Shown: positions 10,114 through 20,710 of the stretch, piece after piece
How the letters are laid out: every line of letters begins with the position of its first letter
How positions within the stretch are numbered: the stretch's first letter is position 1
Assembly (NCBI GenBank): GCA_030688615.1
Contig: JAUYIZ010000236.1
Coordinates: 1-58,927, forward strand
DNA length: 58,927 bases
Reading direction: 5' to 3'
From: Desulfobacterales bacterium
Lineage (GTDB): Bacteria; Desulfobacterota; Desulfobacteria; Desulfobacterales; JAUYIZ01
Notes under the pieces: model-generated
The model's input: only the letters and a program-made list of their open reading frames with translations
The model's database searches: none
What the model was told of the DNA's origin: nothing
Position numbers and translations under genes: made by a program

Positions 10114-10200
10114 GTGTTTAAGAGTTCTCCACAGGGCGCTATGTTTCTCTAAATAGAGAATAACAGGTGCCTTGTCAAACTCCATCTTCAATTTTCCGGT

Positions 10201-10998
10201 TCATTTGCCGCGCCATATGGGCGTGCGTTTTTCCATAAAGGCGGCAATGCCTTCCCGGGCATCCGGGCTCATCATGTTCTCCACCATCACCCGGCTGCAA
10301 TATTCGTAGGCGCTCGGAAGGTCTTTGTCTATCTGGTCGTAGAACGCTTTTTTCCCGATTTTCAGGGTGGCCGGGGATTTGGAAGCTATTTTTTCCGCCA
10401 GGGCGAGCGCAGCCTGATCAAGTTCTTCCAGGGGGACCACCCGGTTGACCAGGCCCATTTCATAAGCGCGCCGTGCCGGGATCAGGTCGCCCGCAAGGAG
10501 CATTTCCATGGCATGTTTTCGGGCCACGTTGCGGGACAGGGCCACCATGGGGGTCGAACAAAATAATCCGATGTTCACGCCCGGGGTGGCAAAGGCGGCA
10601 TTTTCTTCGGCTACGGCCAGGTCACAGCTGGCCACCAGTTGGCAGCCCGCGGCCGTGGCGATGCCGTGGACCTTGGCAATGACAGGCTTGGGCGAGCCGG
10701 TGATGGACAGCATCAATTTCGAACAGGTCTGAAATGTTTTTTCGAAAAATGATTGCTCGGTTGCGCGGCACATCTCCGTAAGATCATGGCCCGCACAAAA
10801 TCCTTTGCCGGCACCGGCCAGGATGACCACGTGCACTGCAGGGTCCGCCGACAACGACGCAAAGGCGCCGATCAAGGCTTCCATGCATTCGATGGACAAA
10901 GAATTGTAGGATCGGGGGCGGTTGATGGTAAGGCGGCAGATCCCGTTGTCCTGTTTCCGGAGGACAACGGGACCCGGATCGGTAAATGTCTTGGCCAT
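10201..10998 (-). CDS. Enoyl-CoA hydratase/isomerase (ECHDC3-like)
   Basis: FCAGHDL, ATAAGCQLVASCDL, TPGVNIGLFCSTP. Confidence 0.9.
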   Translation of the reverse strand: MAKTFTDPGPVVLRKQDNGICRLTINRPRSYNSLSIECMEALIGAFASLSADPAVHVVILAGAGKGFCAGHDLTEMCRATEQSFFEKTFQTCSKLMLSITGSPKPVIAKVHGIATAAGCQLVASCDLAVAEENAAFATPGVNIGLFCSTPMVALSRNVARKHAMEMLLAGDLIPARRAYEMGLVNRVVPLEELDQAALALAEKIASKSPATLKIGKKAFYDQIDKDLPSAYEYCSRVMVENMMSPDAREGIAAFMEKRTPIWRGK

Positions 10999-11130
10999 GA
11001 TGCCGGCTCCTTTCGGTCACGCGTTATTTTACAGGCTTCTTCTTGAACTTAAAAAACCTAAATTTTTCTCATGTTTTTGATGTTTGATACTCGATGTTCA
11101 AGTTTTTTTGGCTTGCATATATAAAAGGCT

Positions 11131-11214
11131 CGTCATTCCGGGCGCAGCGAAGCGCAGACCCGGAATCCAGGGATTTGCCGAAGCAGCTGGATTCCCGCCT
11201 GCGCGGGAATGACG
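11131..11214. repeat. REP-like doublet (GTCATTCC...GGAATCCAG; dRS3-like ATTCCC-N8-GGGAAT)
   Basis: CGTCATTCCGGG...CCCGGAATCCAG and inverted CTGGATTCCCGCCTGCGCGGGAATGACG; nested inside an 18-bp perfect IR (11089-11106 / 11218-11235). Confidence 0.8.
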
Positions 11215-11296
11215 GGAAAAACTTGAACATCGAGTGATAGTATATCGAATCGGAAATTGCGTGTCAAATCCTGAGTTTTTACGAATTCATCAATAT

Positions 11297-11375
11297 GTAA
11301 CCGTTCACGGTTTACAGTTATCGGTTCGCGGTTAAAAAAACTGTGAACTGTGAACCGATAACCGTGAACGGTTAC
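11297..11375. repeat. Complete heptamer-repeat palindrome
   Basis: GTAACCGTTCACGG...CCGTGAACGGTTAC with 7-bp periodicity; flanks ATCAATAT / TTCAATAT. Confidence 0.85.
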
Positions 11376-11418
11376 TTCAATATTTGACTTCATTTGAAAG
11401 CTTTGATAGTTTTTCGCC

Positions 11419-14400
11419 ATGAAGCGTTTGAAGCTTTTTACCGGCAACCGGCTGGAAAATCTGGCGGACCTGCTGGCCGGGGTCATCGCCACCCCCCTGC
11501 CTTGCCCCCTGGCTGAAGAAATCATCATCGTCCAGAGCAGAGGAATGGAGCGCTGGGTGTCCCTGCAGCTGGCCGGCCGGCTCGGGGTCTGCGCCAACTG
11601 CCGCTTTCCCTTTCCCAACGCGTTCATGCATGAAATTTTTCGAAAAATTATGCCGGATCTTCCTGAAAAAACCATATTTGATCCGGAATTTCTCACCTGG
11701 AAGATCATCAAGCTTCTTCCGGCCTGTGTCCACCTGCCGGCCTTTGAAAGTTTGCAGCGATATCTTGAGGGCGCCGAACAGGACCTGAAGCTGCTGCAAC
11801 TGGCCGGGCGGATCGCCGACGTTTTTGACCAGTATCTTCTGTTTCGCCCTGAAATGATTTTCCGATGGGAAACCGGAAAGGAAAAACACTGGCAGGCGAT
11901 CCTCTGGAATGAACTGGTCAGGGACAACTACAAGACCCACCGGGCGGCCGTGGGCCAAAGGTTCATGGAGATACTCGCACGATCCGGGCCCCTGCAGGCT
12001 GATTTTCCGGAAAGGATATCCGTTTTCGGCATATCATCCCTGCCCCGGCTCCACCTGCAGGTGCTCGATGCCCTGGCGCAATTTGCGGCGGTCAACCTGT
12101 TTCTGGTGAACCCGTGCAGGGAATTCTGGGGGGACATCCTGTCCGATTGGGAAATGCACAAAGTGAGCGGCCAGACGCGCGCTTTGGCATCTTTGCCCCT
12201 GGCGGAAAAGCAGGATGCGCTGCACATGGATCAGGCCAACAGCCTTCTGGCTTCCATGGGAATGCTGGGCCGGGATTTTTTTGATTTGATCCGGGATATC
12301 GACTGCGAGGAAATTGATTCCTTTCAGGATCCGGGCGACGACACCCTGCTGCATTGTTTACAGTCCGATATTTTACATTTCAGAAACAGAAGCCTGACGC
12401 AAAACGACAAGCGGGTCATTTCCGGCCGGGACACTTCGATTCAGGTGCACTCCTGTCACGGTCCCATGCGGGAGATGGAGGTTCTTTATGACCGGATTTT
12501 AGACATGCTCGAAACCGATGCCGCCCTTGCGGCCCGGGATATTCTCGTCATGACACCGGATATTGAAGCCTATGCCCCCTATATTCAGGCCGTTTTTGAC
12601 ACGGCCGATGATACCAAGAAGATCCCCTTCAGCATCGCCGACCGCAGCGTCCGGCATGAAAACCGGATCGTCGATATGTTTTTTGAAGTACTGGATCTTC
12701 ACGGCAGCCGGTTCGGCGCCGCCCAGGTGCTTTCCCTGCTTGAATCCCGGGCGGTGCGGACAAGGTTTGATCTTTCCGGAGACGATCTGGCACGGGTTAC
12801 CCAGTGGGTTCAGGATATCCGGATTCGATGGGGGGTCGATGGACAGAGCCGGGAAGCGCTGGGGCTGCCGGCATTTTCCGAAAACACCTGGCAGGAGGGG
12901 ATCGATCGGCTGCTCCTGGGTTTTGCTTTGCCGGGGAAAAATGAGCGCATGTTCGCCGGCATGCTCCCCTATGACGACATTGAAGGCCGTGAAGCCGAAG
13001 TGCTGGGCAATTTTATCGCGTTCGTCACGGGCCTGATCACCCGGGTGAAATCCCTGGCTCCGAAGCGGCGCCTCGGCCAATGGGCGCAAGATTTATCCGA
13101 ACTGGTTGCAAGGTTTTTCCCGTCGGACCGGGAAACGGAAGCTGAAATTCAGATTCTGCAAAATGCATTCCATGGTTTACAGGACATTGAAAGGGTTGCC
13201 GGCTTTGATCAGGAGGTCGAATTTCCCACCATCCGTTCCTACCTGCGGCAGAATCTGGAAAAGGTCAGCGGCCGGCACGGTTTTCTTTCCGGCGGGGTGA
13301 CATTCTGTTCCATCCTGCCCATGCGCAGCATCCCGTTTAAAATCATCTGCCTGGTGGGCATGGACGGCGATGCCTATCCGCGGCAGTCAAAAAATGTCGG
13401 GTTCGACCTGTTGTCGCAATTTCCGCAAAAGGGGGACCGGTCCCGGCGCCATGATGACCGGTACCTTTTTCTGGAGGCGCTGCTGTCGGCCAGGCAAAGG
13501 CTGTATATCAGTTATGTGGGGCAGGATATCCAGGATAACAGCCCGATCCCGCCGTCGGTACTGGTCAGTGAAATTTCAGACGTCATTGATCAGGAATTTG
13601 TCATGAGGGAAAAGAAAATATTAGATCATATCCACACCCGGCACCGGCTGCAGGCCTTCAGCCCGCTGTATTTTCAACCGGACGGCGGCACCGGGCGGCA
13701 GGCGCTTTTCAGCTATTCCCGGCAGAATCTGCTGGCCGCCCAAGGCATGCTCCGGCCGGGCCGGGCGGCGAAGTTTTTCTCCGGGGAGCTTGGCGCGCCG
13801 GAAGACGAATATAAAAGACTGGATCTGGACACCCTGTGCGCTTTTTTCCGCCATCCGATAAAGTTTCTGCTCCATCGCCGTCTGGGACTTTTCCTTGAGG
13901 AAAACAGCGCGGTGCTGGAAGAAAAGGAATCCTTTGATATCGACCCGCTGGGAAAATATGCCCTGGCCCAGGAACTGGTGGAAATGAAACTTTCCGGAAA
14001 GGATGCCGGCGGGTTTTTTGTGCGCAGGAAAGCTGCCGGCCAGCTGCCCCCCGGCACCGTGGGAAAGTGCCTGTTCGACGGGCTCCGTCAGCAGGCCGAA
14101 GCGTTTGCGGACAACACCGCAGGGTATCTTCAAGGCCCTGAAAAGCCGGCGATTCAATTCAGCCTGGAACTGTCCGGTTTCCAGGTCAGCGGGAAAATAG
14201 ATGCCGTCTTTTCCCAGCGGCGGGTCCGGTACCGCTATGCAAAAATAAAACCGAAAGACCGCCTGGCCGCCTGGCTCTGCCACCTGGTGATGAATTGCAT
14301 CCGCCAGGACGGCATGCCCAAAACCAGTCTGCTGCTGGGCCTGGATCCGGACAAAAAGGATGCGGGGTCCGCCTGGGAGTTTGTGCCCCTGGATAACAGT

Positions 14401-14712
14401 GAACAGGTGCTTAGCGGCCTGCTTGAAATCTACTGGCAAGGGCTTTGCCGGCCCCTGTGTTTTTTCCCGGCGGCTTCCTGGAAATACGCCCAGCTGGTAC
14501 TGGAAAAAAACAAATCCTGCGAAGATGCGTTGCAGGGCGCCCGCGACACCTGGACGGGCAATGAATTCGTGCCGGGCGAAATGAATGACCTGTATTATGA
14601 CAGGTGCTTTTATAACATGGATCCGCTGGACGGGGAATTTGGCCGCCTGGCCCTGACGGTTTTCGCGCCCCTCATGGCAAACCAGAAACGGGCGCAGGCC
14701 CCGGCGGACTGA
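11419..14712 (+). CDS. recC: Exodeoxyribonuclease V gamma subunit
   Basis: GNRLENL, E.IIVQS.GM.RW, FDQYLLFRP, HSCHGPMRE.E, PMRSIPF. Confidence 0.95.
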   Translation: MKRLKLFTGNRLENLADLLAGVIATPLPCPLAEEIIIVQSRGMERWVSLQLAGRLGVCANCRFPFPNAFMHEIFRKIMPDLPEKTIFDPEFLTWKIIKLLPACVHLPAFESLQRYLEGAEQDLKLLQLAGRIADVFDQYLLFRPEMIFRWETGKEKHWQAILWNELVRDNYKTHRAAVGQRFMEILARSGPLQADFPERISVFGISSLPRLHLQVLDALAQFAAVNLFLVNPCREFWGDILSDWEMHKVSGQTRALASLPLAEKQDALHMDQANSLLASMGMLGRDFFDLIRDIDCEEIDSFQDPGDDTLLHCLQSDILHFRNRSLTQNDKRVISGRDTSIQVHSCHGPMREMEVLYDRILDMLETDAALAARDILVMTPDIEAYAPYIQAVFDTADDTKKIPFSIADRSVRHENRIVDMFFEVLDLHGSRFGAAQVLSLLESRAVRTRFDLSGDDLARVTQWVQDIRIRWGVDGQSREALGLPAFSENTWQEGIDRLLLGFALPGKNERMFAGMLPYDDIEGREAEVLGNFIAFVTGLITRVKSLAPKRRLGQWAQDLSELVARFFPSDRETEAEIQILQNAFHGLQDIERVAGFDQEVEFPTIRSYLRQNLEKVSGRHGFLSGGVTFCSILPMRSIPFKIICLVGMDGDAYPRQSKNVGFDLLSQFPQKGDRSRRHDDRYLFLEALLSARQRLYISYVGQDIQDNSPIPPSVLVSEISDVIDQEFVMREKKILDHIHTRHRLQAFSPLYFQPDGGTGRQALFSYSRQNLLAAQGMLRPGRAAKFFSGELGAPEDEYKRLDLDTLCAFFRHPIKFLLHRRLGLFLEENSAVLEEKESFDIDPLGKYALAQELVEMKLSGKDAGGFFVRRKAAGQLPPGTVGKCLFDGLRQQAEAFADNTAGYLQGPEKPAIQFSLELSGFQVSGKIDAVFSQRRVRYRYAKIKPKDRLAAWLCHLVMNCIRQDGMPKTSLLLGLDPDKKDAGSAWEFVPLDNSEQVLSGLLEIYWQGLCRPLCFFPAASWKYAQLVLEKNKSCEDALQGARDTWTGNEFVPGEMNDLYYDRCFYNMDPLDGEFGRLALTVFAPLMANQKRAQAPAD

Positions 14713-14715
14713 GGA

Positions 14716-17700
14716 GTGTTTATGGGTATCGTCAAGCCGTTTGACATTGCCGGCAGCGCCCTGGAGGGGGTCCGGCTGATCGAAGCCAGCGCCGGCACCG
14801 GCAAAACATACACCATCAGCGGTCTTTTTCTCCGGCTGATCACGGAAAAGCGGTTTACCATGGGTGAAATCCTGGTGGTCACCTTTACCGAAGCCGCCAC
14901 CCAGGAATTAAAGGACCGGATCTACCAGACCCTGCGAAAGGCCCTGCATGCTTTTTCCTGCGGCAGGGCCGAAGATGAGCTGCTCGAAGCGTTGCTCGAG
15001 CAATACCGGGGCCAGGACCCGGGATACGCCGTCCGGGCTGTAAAAGAGGCCCTGCGGGATTTTGATAAAAACGCCATTGTCACCATACACGGCTTCTGCA
15101 ATAAAATGCTCTATGACCACGCGTTTGAAAGCGGAAGTTTGTTTGACACCCGCTTGATCACCGAACAGGGGGATATTAAAAAAGAAATCGTGGAGGACTT
15201 CTGGCGGAGCCATTTTTACCGGGCAACGCCCCTTTTTGTATCCTATTGCCTGAACGTTGCCGCACCCGGCCGCCTTTTTTCACTGGTTCAAAACCAGCTG
15301 CCCGGGGAGTATTTAAAAATCATTCCCCGGGTTCAAATTCCGGACGCCGGGCCGGCGGAAGCAGGATTTATGGAAACTTTCCGGCAGGTTTCCGGCTCAT
15401 GGCCGTCGGTCAGGGAGGAAATCCGGGATATTTTCCTCTTGGCAAACAGTTTGAGCCTTGTGAAATACCGCCCGGAAAACATACCTGCCTACCTTGCCCA
15501 GATGGATGATTACGTGGCTTCCGGCGGCCTGCGGCCGCGGGTGCCGGCCAATGTAATAAAATTTGCCGCCGGCGAAATTGCCAAAGCTGTCAAAAAAGGC
15601 CGGACGGCCCCGCGCCATTTCTTTTTCGATTTGTTCGAAAAACTGCTGGTGCGCCGGCAGGAGCTCGATCAGATCTACGAGCGCACGTTGCTGGGGCTCA
15701 AGGTAAAGTTGTTTGACACCCTGGGGCAGCAGCTGAAGGAAAGAAAAAGATCTAAAAACATTCAGTCCTTCGATGACCTCCTGCTGGACCTGCACGGGGC
15801 GCTTTACAAAGCCGGGGGCGATTTGCTGGCCGGGCGGATCCGGCAGAAATTCAAAGCCGCCCTGATCGACGAATTCCAGGACACGGATCCGGTTCAGTAC
15901 GCAATATTTAAAAAAGTATTTGATCACCCGGACCGCGCCCTTTTTCTCATCGGGGATCCCAAACAGGCCATATACGGATTTCGCGGGGCGGATATTTTTG
16001 CCTACATGGATGCGGCCAGGCATACCGCCGCCCGGTACACGCTGAAAGAAAACTGGCGTTCGGAGCCCGGCCTGGTCCAGGCCCTTAACCTGTTTTTCGG
16101 TAACCGGGACCAAACCTTTGTATATCATGAAATCCCTTTTACCAAGGTTTCGGCCGCCCGGAAGAAAGATCCGGTTTTTTTGCAGGTTAACGGCATGTCC
16201 GCGCCCCCCCTGCAGGTATGGGTGCTGGAGACCGGCCAGGGGGACGGCTCCGGCAGGGCCATGACCCGCAGGATGGCGCGGCAAAAAATCCCGGGCGCCG
16301 TCGCAGGGGAAATCTCCTGCCTGACGGACCCGGGGGGGCAGGAAAGGGCGCTGCTGGGGGTCGAGCCGCTGCAGGAAAGCGATATTGCCGTGCTGGTGTT
16401 GAAAAACAGGGACGGCCGATTGATGCAGGAAGCCCTGGCCGAGTGGAACATTCCCAGCGTGCGCTACGGCACCGAGAATATATTTGACTCCCGGGAAGCC
16501 TATGAAATCCAGGGGCTTCTCGCGGCTGTGGCACAGCCGGGCAGCGACAGCCTGATACGCACGGCGCTGGCGACGGATATGCTCGGGATGAATGCCACAG
16601 CCCTTTACGATCTGAAATCCGATGATGCCCGCTGGGAAGAATGGATCATCAAATTCAGGCAATATCATCACCTGTGGAACACCCGGGGGTTTATCCGGAT
16701 GTTTAAACAGCTCATCCGGGAAGAAAGCATTCTGCCGCGCCTGATGGGCCTGGATAATGGGGAGCGCCGCTGCACCAATTTGCTCCATCTGGTCGAGGTG
16801 CTTCACCATGCCGCCATCAGCGGCAATGAAGGCATGGCCGGTCTGGTCAAGTGGCTCTGCCGCCAGAGAGATGTGAAATCGACCCGGCTGGATGAATACC
16901 AGCTGCGCCTGGAAAGCGACGAGAAAGCGGTAAAAATCGTGACCATTCACAAGAGCAAAGGGCTTGAATACCCCGTGGTATTCTGTCCGTTCATGTGGGA
17001 CGATTTCAGGCCGGCCGGCCCGGCCGGGCCAGTCCGGTTTCATGATGAAGCGGACAACCTGCGGCTGACCCTGGATCTGGGCTCGGAAAATATCGATCAG
17101 CACCGTCAGGCCGCCCAGAAGGAAATGCTGGCTGAAAATCTGCGGCTGCTGTATGTGGCCTTGACCCGGGCCAAAAACCGGTGCTACCTGGTCTTCAGCC
17201 CGATCAACAACGGGGATACCTCGGCGCTGGCTTACCTGTTTAACGGTTCGCAGGACAAAACGAATTTTTCTCAAACCAATGCGCCTGCGGACCCGATGCT
17301 GGACGGGCTTTATCAGCTGCGTGAGCGGGCCGGTGAAACCATCCGGGTGTCTGAAATCCCCGAGCGCCGTCCGGTCCGGGCGGCTTTGCCGCCGGCCGGC
17401 GGCGCGGTGCTTGAAGGGCGCCAGTTTTCAGGGCGCGTCCATGGCCAATGGCAGATATCCAGTTTCACCTCCCTGCAGTCCGGCGGGGTGGATTCGGGCA
17501 TGGACCCGGCGTTTCCCGGCCTGGGACCGGCGGACCCGGAAATCGCGGGCGGCTCGGATGAAGCTGTCGGGCAGTCCGGGGATGATCCGGGCGGCGCGGG
17601 GGACTTTGCCGGAATTTTCTCCTTTCCCAGGGGGCCGAAGCCGGGAATTTTTCTGCATGACCTGCTGGCAAATCTTGATTTCGTCCGGCAGGACAGGGGC

Positions 17701-18354
17701 GCGGTTGATGTGCTGATTCGGGAAAAGCTGGATGCATACGGCTTTGATGGCGCATGGCAGGAGACGATCCGGGATCTTATCGATAACGTCCTGTCCGCAC
17801 CCCTGGCAACGGAGCGGACCGGTTTCAGCCTGTCAAAAATCGACAGCCGGCACCGGGTCAATGAGATGGAATTTTATTTTCCCCTGAAAAGGATTTCGCC
17901 GGAGACCTTCGGGCGGATTTTCAGGGATTTCGGGGCCGGTGAACCGTCCCGGGATTTTCCGACCCGGATGGAGCGGCTGGCCTTTAACCCGGTCCATGGA
18001 TTTATGCGCGGGTTCATGGACCTGGTTTTTCAATTTGAAGGCCGCTTTTACCTGGCGGACTACAAGTCCAATTATCTGGGCCCCCATATCAGACACTATC
18101 ACCGGCGGGCGCTGGTAGAGGTGATGAATGAATCCGGCTATATCCTGCAGTACCACATCTATCTGGTGGCGCTGCATCAATACTTGAAACTGCGGGTTCC
18201 CGGTTATTCCTACGCGACGCATTTCGGCGGGGTTTACTACCTGTTTCTGCGGGGAATGGACCCTGAAAAGGGGGCGGATTACGGCATATTCATGGACCGG
18301 CCCCGCGAACAACTGGTCAATGAATTATGGTCCCGATTGATACAGCAGCCTTAG
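14716..18354 (+). CDS. recB: Exodeoxyribonuclease V beta subunit
   Basis: EASAGTGKT, DEFQDTD, IGDPKQAIY, TIHKSKGLEY, LYVALTRA; nuclease GFMDL...DYKSN. Confidence 0.96.
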   Translation: MFMGIVKPFDIAGSALEGVRLIEASAGTGKTYTISGLFLRLITEKRFTMGEILVVTFTEAATQELKDRIYQTLRKALHAFSCGRAEDELLEALLEQYRGQDPGYAVRAVKEALRDFDKNAIVTIHGFCNKMLYDHAFESGSLFDTRLITEQGDIKKEIVEDFWRSHFYRATPLFVSYCLNVAAPGRLFSLVQNQLPGEYLKIIPRVQIPDAGPAEAGFMETFRQVSGSWPSVREEIRDIFLLANSLSLVKYRPENIPAYLAQMDDYVASGGLRPRVPANVIKFAAGEIAKAVKKGRTAPRHFFFDLFEKLLVRRQELDQIYERTLLGLKVKLFDTLGQQLKERKRSKNIQSFDDLLLDLHGALYKAGGDLLAGRIRQKFKAALIDEFQDTDPVQYAIFKKVFDHPDRALFLIGDPKQAIYGFRGADIFAYMDAARHTAARYTLKENWRSEPGLVQALNLFFGNRDQTFVYHEIPFTKVSAARKKDPVFLQVNGMSAPPLQVWVLETGQGDGSGRAMTRRMARQKIPGAVAGEISCLTDPGGQERALLGVEPLQESDIAVLVLKNRDGRLMQEALAEWNIPSVRYGTENIFDSREAYEIQGLLAAVAQPGSDSLIRTALATDMLGMNATALYDLKSDDARWEEWIIKFRQYHHLWNTRGFIRMFKQLIREESILPRLMGLDNGERRCTNLLHLVEVLHHAAISGNEGMAGLVKWLCRQRDVKSTRLDEYQLRLESDEKAVKIVTIHKSKGLEYPVVFCPFMWDDFRPAGPAGPVRFHDEADNLRLTLDLGSENIDQHRQAAQKEMLAENLRLLYVALTRAKNRCYLVFSPINNGDTSALAYLFNGSQDKTNFSQTNAPADPMLDGLYQLRERAGETIRVSEIPERRPVRAALPPAGGAVLEGRQFSGRVHGQWQISSFTSLQSGGVDSGMDPAFPGLGPADPEIAGGSDEAVGQSGDDPGGAGDFAGIFSFPRGPKPGIFLHDLLANLDFVRQDRGAVDVLIREKLDAYGFDGAWQETIRDLIDNVLSAPLATERTGFSLSKIDSRHRVNEMEFYFPLKRISPETFGRIFRDFGAGEPSRDFPTRMERLAFNPVHGFMRGFMDLVFQFEGRFYLADYKSNYLGPHIRHYHRRALVEVMNESGYILQYHIYLVALHQYLKLRVPGYSYATHFGGVYYLFLRGMDPEKGADYGIFMDRPREQLVNELWSRLIQQP

Positions 18355-20159
18355 CGGCACGCGGGATTTTTGCGCCCCTGGACATTCATTTCGCGCAATT
18401 TATCAGCCGGGTGGCGCAAACCGACGATCCGGATCTCTGGCTGGCCGCTGCCATGGTATCCAGCCATACCCGGCAAGGTCATGTCTGCCTGGACCTTGCC
18501 GCCCTGGCCGGGAAAACAACTGTTTGGCAGGGAAAGGGGGAAGAGACGCCCATGGCCTGGCCGGAACTGGAGGGTTGGCGCAGAAAATTGACGGAAAGCG
18601 CCGTGGTGGGAGAACCCGGAGAGTTTAAACCCCTGATCCTGGATGGCGCCGGCCGGCTTTTTCTTTTCCGCTACTGGGATTACCAGGATCGGCTGGCGCG
18701 TCTGATTTCCCAACGGTTGCGCCCATCAGACTCCGGGGTCGATATTTTACGGGTGCGGGACGGCTTGAAACGGCTTTTCCCGGAAAATCCCGGGGGGGAA
18801 ACCGACTGGCAGAAAGTTGCCGCCTTTACGGCCCTGACCAGAAAATTCTGCATCATCTCCGGAGGGCCCGGGACCGGCAAAACGACCATCATCACAAAAA
18901 TCATGGCCTTGCTGCTGGAACAGCATCCGGCAATGCCGCTCCGAATCGCCTTGGCCGCCCCCACGGGAAAAGCCGCTGCCCGTTTGCAGGCGTCTGTTGC
19001 GCGGACCAAAATAAACCTCGATTGCGGGCCATCCATAAAAAATCTGATTCCGGAAACCGCATCCACCCTGCACCGGCTCCTGGGGGCCGTACCAGGCTCT
19101 CCGTATTTCCGTTACAATGAGAAAAATAAGCTTTCCGTTGACCTGGTGGTGGTGGACGAGGCCTCCATGGTGGATCTGGCCCTCATGTCCAAACTGGTCC
19201 AGGCCCTGCCCGTGAGCGCGCAACTGATTCTGCTGGGGGATAAAGACCAACTGGCTTCGGTGGAAGCCGGCGCCGTCCTGGGGGATTTTTGCACGCCGGA
19301 GAATACCGGCAGGTTTTCAAAGCAATTCTGCCGGGAGTACCGGGAAATTGCCGCCAACGAAATGGCCGTGGAGCAATACGGTGACGGGGGCATCTGCGAT
19401 GCCATCGTCCAGCTTGAAAAAAACTACCGTTTCGGCCAGGACAGCGGTATCGGCCAGGTCAGCCGCGCCGTCAATCAGGGCCGGCCGGACCTGTCCATGG
19501 GGATGCTCAGGGCCGGAAAGTATGAAGATATCAGCTTCAAGGATGCCCCGCCGGCTCAAGACCTGACCCGGCAGATGGCCGCATCCATCGTGCGAGGCTA
19601 CCGCAGCTACCTGGGCGCCGCGGATCCCCTGGAAGCTTTCAAACAATTTGAAACGTTTCGGATTCTGTGCGCGTTCCGGCACGGGCCTTACGGCGTTGTG
19701 GCCGTCAACCGGCTGGCCGAGAAAATCCTCCAGGCGGAAAAACTGCTTTCATTGGCCGGCAAATGGTATCCGGGCCGCCCCATACTGATCCAGCGAAACG
19801 ATTATCACCTCCAACTGTTCAACGGCGATGTGGGGATCATTTGGCCCGACCCCGGGGATAAAGACGACCTCCGGGCGTTTTTCCCGTCTGCGGACGGGGG
19901 CTTTCGAAAAATCCATCCCATGAGACTGCCCGAGCATGAAACGGTTTTTGCCATGACCGTGCATAAAGCACAGGGCTCCGAGTTTGATCACATGCTTTTT
20001 CTTCTGCCGGATACGGATTCGCCGCTCTTAACCCGGGAGCTCATCTACACGGCAATGACCCGTGCAAGAAAAAAAGCCGAGATCTGGGGGACGGAAGATA
20101 TCTTTCAGAATGCGGTTTCCCGGCGGAGTGAGCGAACCGGGTCCGGACTGGTTATTTAG
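18327..20159 (+). CDS. recD: Exodeoxyribonuclease V alpha subunit
   Basis: GGPGTGKT, APTGKAAARL, VDEASMVD, GDKDQL, TVHKAQGSEF, YTAMTRA. Confidence 0.95.
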   Translation: MVPIDTAALAARGIFAPLDIHFAQFISRVAQTDDPDLWLAAAMVSSHTRQGHVCLDLAALAGKTTVWQGKGEETPMAWPELEGWRRKLTESAVVGEPGEFKPLILDGAGRLFLFRYWDYQDRLARLISQRLRPSDSGVDILRVRDGLKRLFPENPGGETDWQKVAAFTALTRKFCIISGGPGTGKTTIITKIMALLLEQHPAMPLRIALAAPTGKAAARLQASVARTKINLDCGPSIKNLIPETASTLHRLLGAVPGSPYFRYNEKNKLSVDLVVVDEASMVDLALMSKLVQALPVSAQLILLGDKDQLASVEAGAVLGDFCTPENTGRFSKQFCREYREIAANEMAVEQYGDGGICDAIVQLEKNYRFGQDSGIGQVSRAVNQGRPDLSMGMLRAGKYEDISFKDAPPAQDLTRQMAASIVRGYRSYLGAADPLEAFKQFETFRILCAFRHGPYGVVAVNRLAEKILQAEKLLSLAGKWYPGRPILIQRNDYHLQLFNGDVGIIWPDPGDKDDLRAFFPSADGGFRKIHPMRLPEHETVFAMTVHKAQGSEFDHMLFLLPDTDSPLLTRELIYTAMTRARKKAEIWGTEDIFQNAVSRRSERTGSGLVI

Positions 20160-20211
20160 GTACATTGTTTCGTAAACCGGATAAAAATACAATGATCCAA
20201 GGAGGCAGAAA

Positions 20212-20634
20212 ATGACCGAACGGCTCAAGACCAATTACGTGGACCATATCAGTATTGCGGTAAAGGACGTAAAGCAGGCGGAAGCGGATTTTAAAAAGGC
20301 CTTCGGCTGGGAACCGGACGGCCGTTACAAGGATATTGCCGAGAAGATACGGGTCAGCTATTTTATGGTGGGCCAGACAGCCGTTGAAATCATGGAAGAC
20401 CTGGACGGGACAGGGGAGGTGGCCCGGTGGATCGAGAAAAACGGCGAGGGGGTGATGGTGCTCTCCTTCAATGTCGACAGCACCGTTGAAGGGCTCGACC
20501 TGCTCATCCGGAACGGCGCGCGGGTGCTCGACCGGGCGCCCCGGTGGGCCGGGGAACTGAAGCGGCACTTTGCTTTTCTGCACCCCAAGGTGGCCCACGG
20601 CGTGTTGACGGAAGTGATCGATGGAACGTACTGA
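20212..20634 (+). CDS. VOC/glyoxalase family protein (methylmalonyl-CoA epimerase-like)
   Basis: DHISIAVKD, VEIME, GEG, FLHPK..HGVLTE. Confidence 0.8.
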   Translation: MTERLKTNYVDHISIAVKDVKQAEADFKKAFGWEPDGRYKDIAEKIRVSYFMVGQTAVEIMEDLDGTGEVARWIEKNGEGVMVLSFNVDSTVEGLDLLIRNGARVLDRAPRWAGELKRHFAFLHPKVAHGVLTEVIDGTY

Positions 20635-20710
20635 CACATAATTCGTTGACGCGGCTTAAATGGATGGTTAGAGTATCAAGGGTAAATAAGGACAAAATAA
20701 GGACGACCCC

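Noticed and set aside
9980-10200. preQ1 riboswitch upstream of queF; FMN riboswitch near rib genes
   Set aside because: No recognisable consensus; the queF leader is occupied by a palindromic repeat and the rib genes are operon-internal.
15397-17274. 625-aa antisense ORF and many other shadow ORFs (e.g. 38723-40021, 53678-54655)
   Set aside because: They lie opposite well-supported genes; long antisense frames are expected with GC-rich codon usage.
11419-20159. recCBD as a novel defence system
   Set aside because: Canonical RecBCD with intact motifs and usual gene order.
20120-20211. RecD C-terminus seems slightly short (ends SGLVI), possible insertion junction
   Set aside because: All helicase motifs are present and C-terminal length varies; no att site or TSD is visible.
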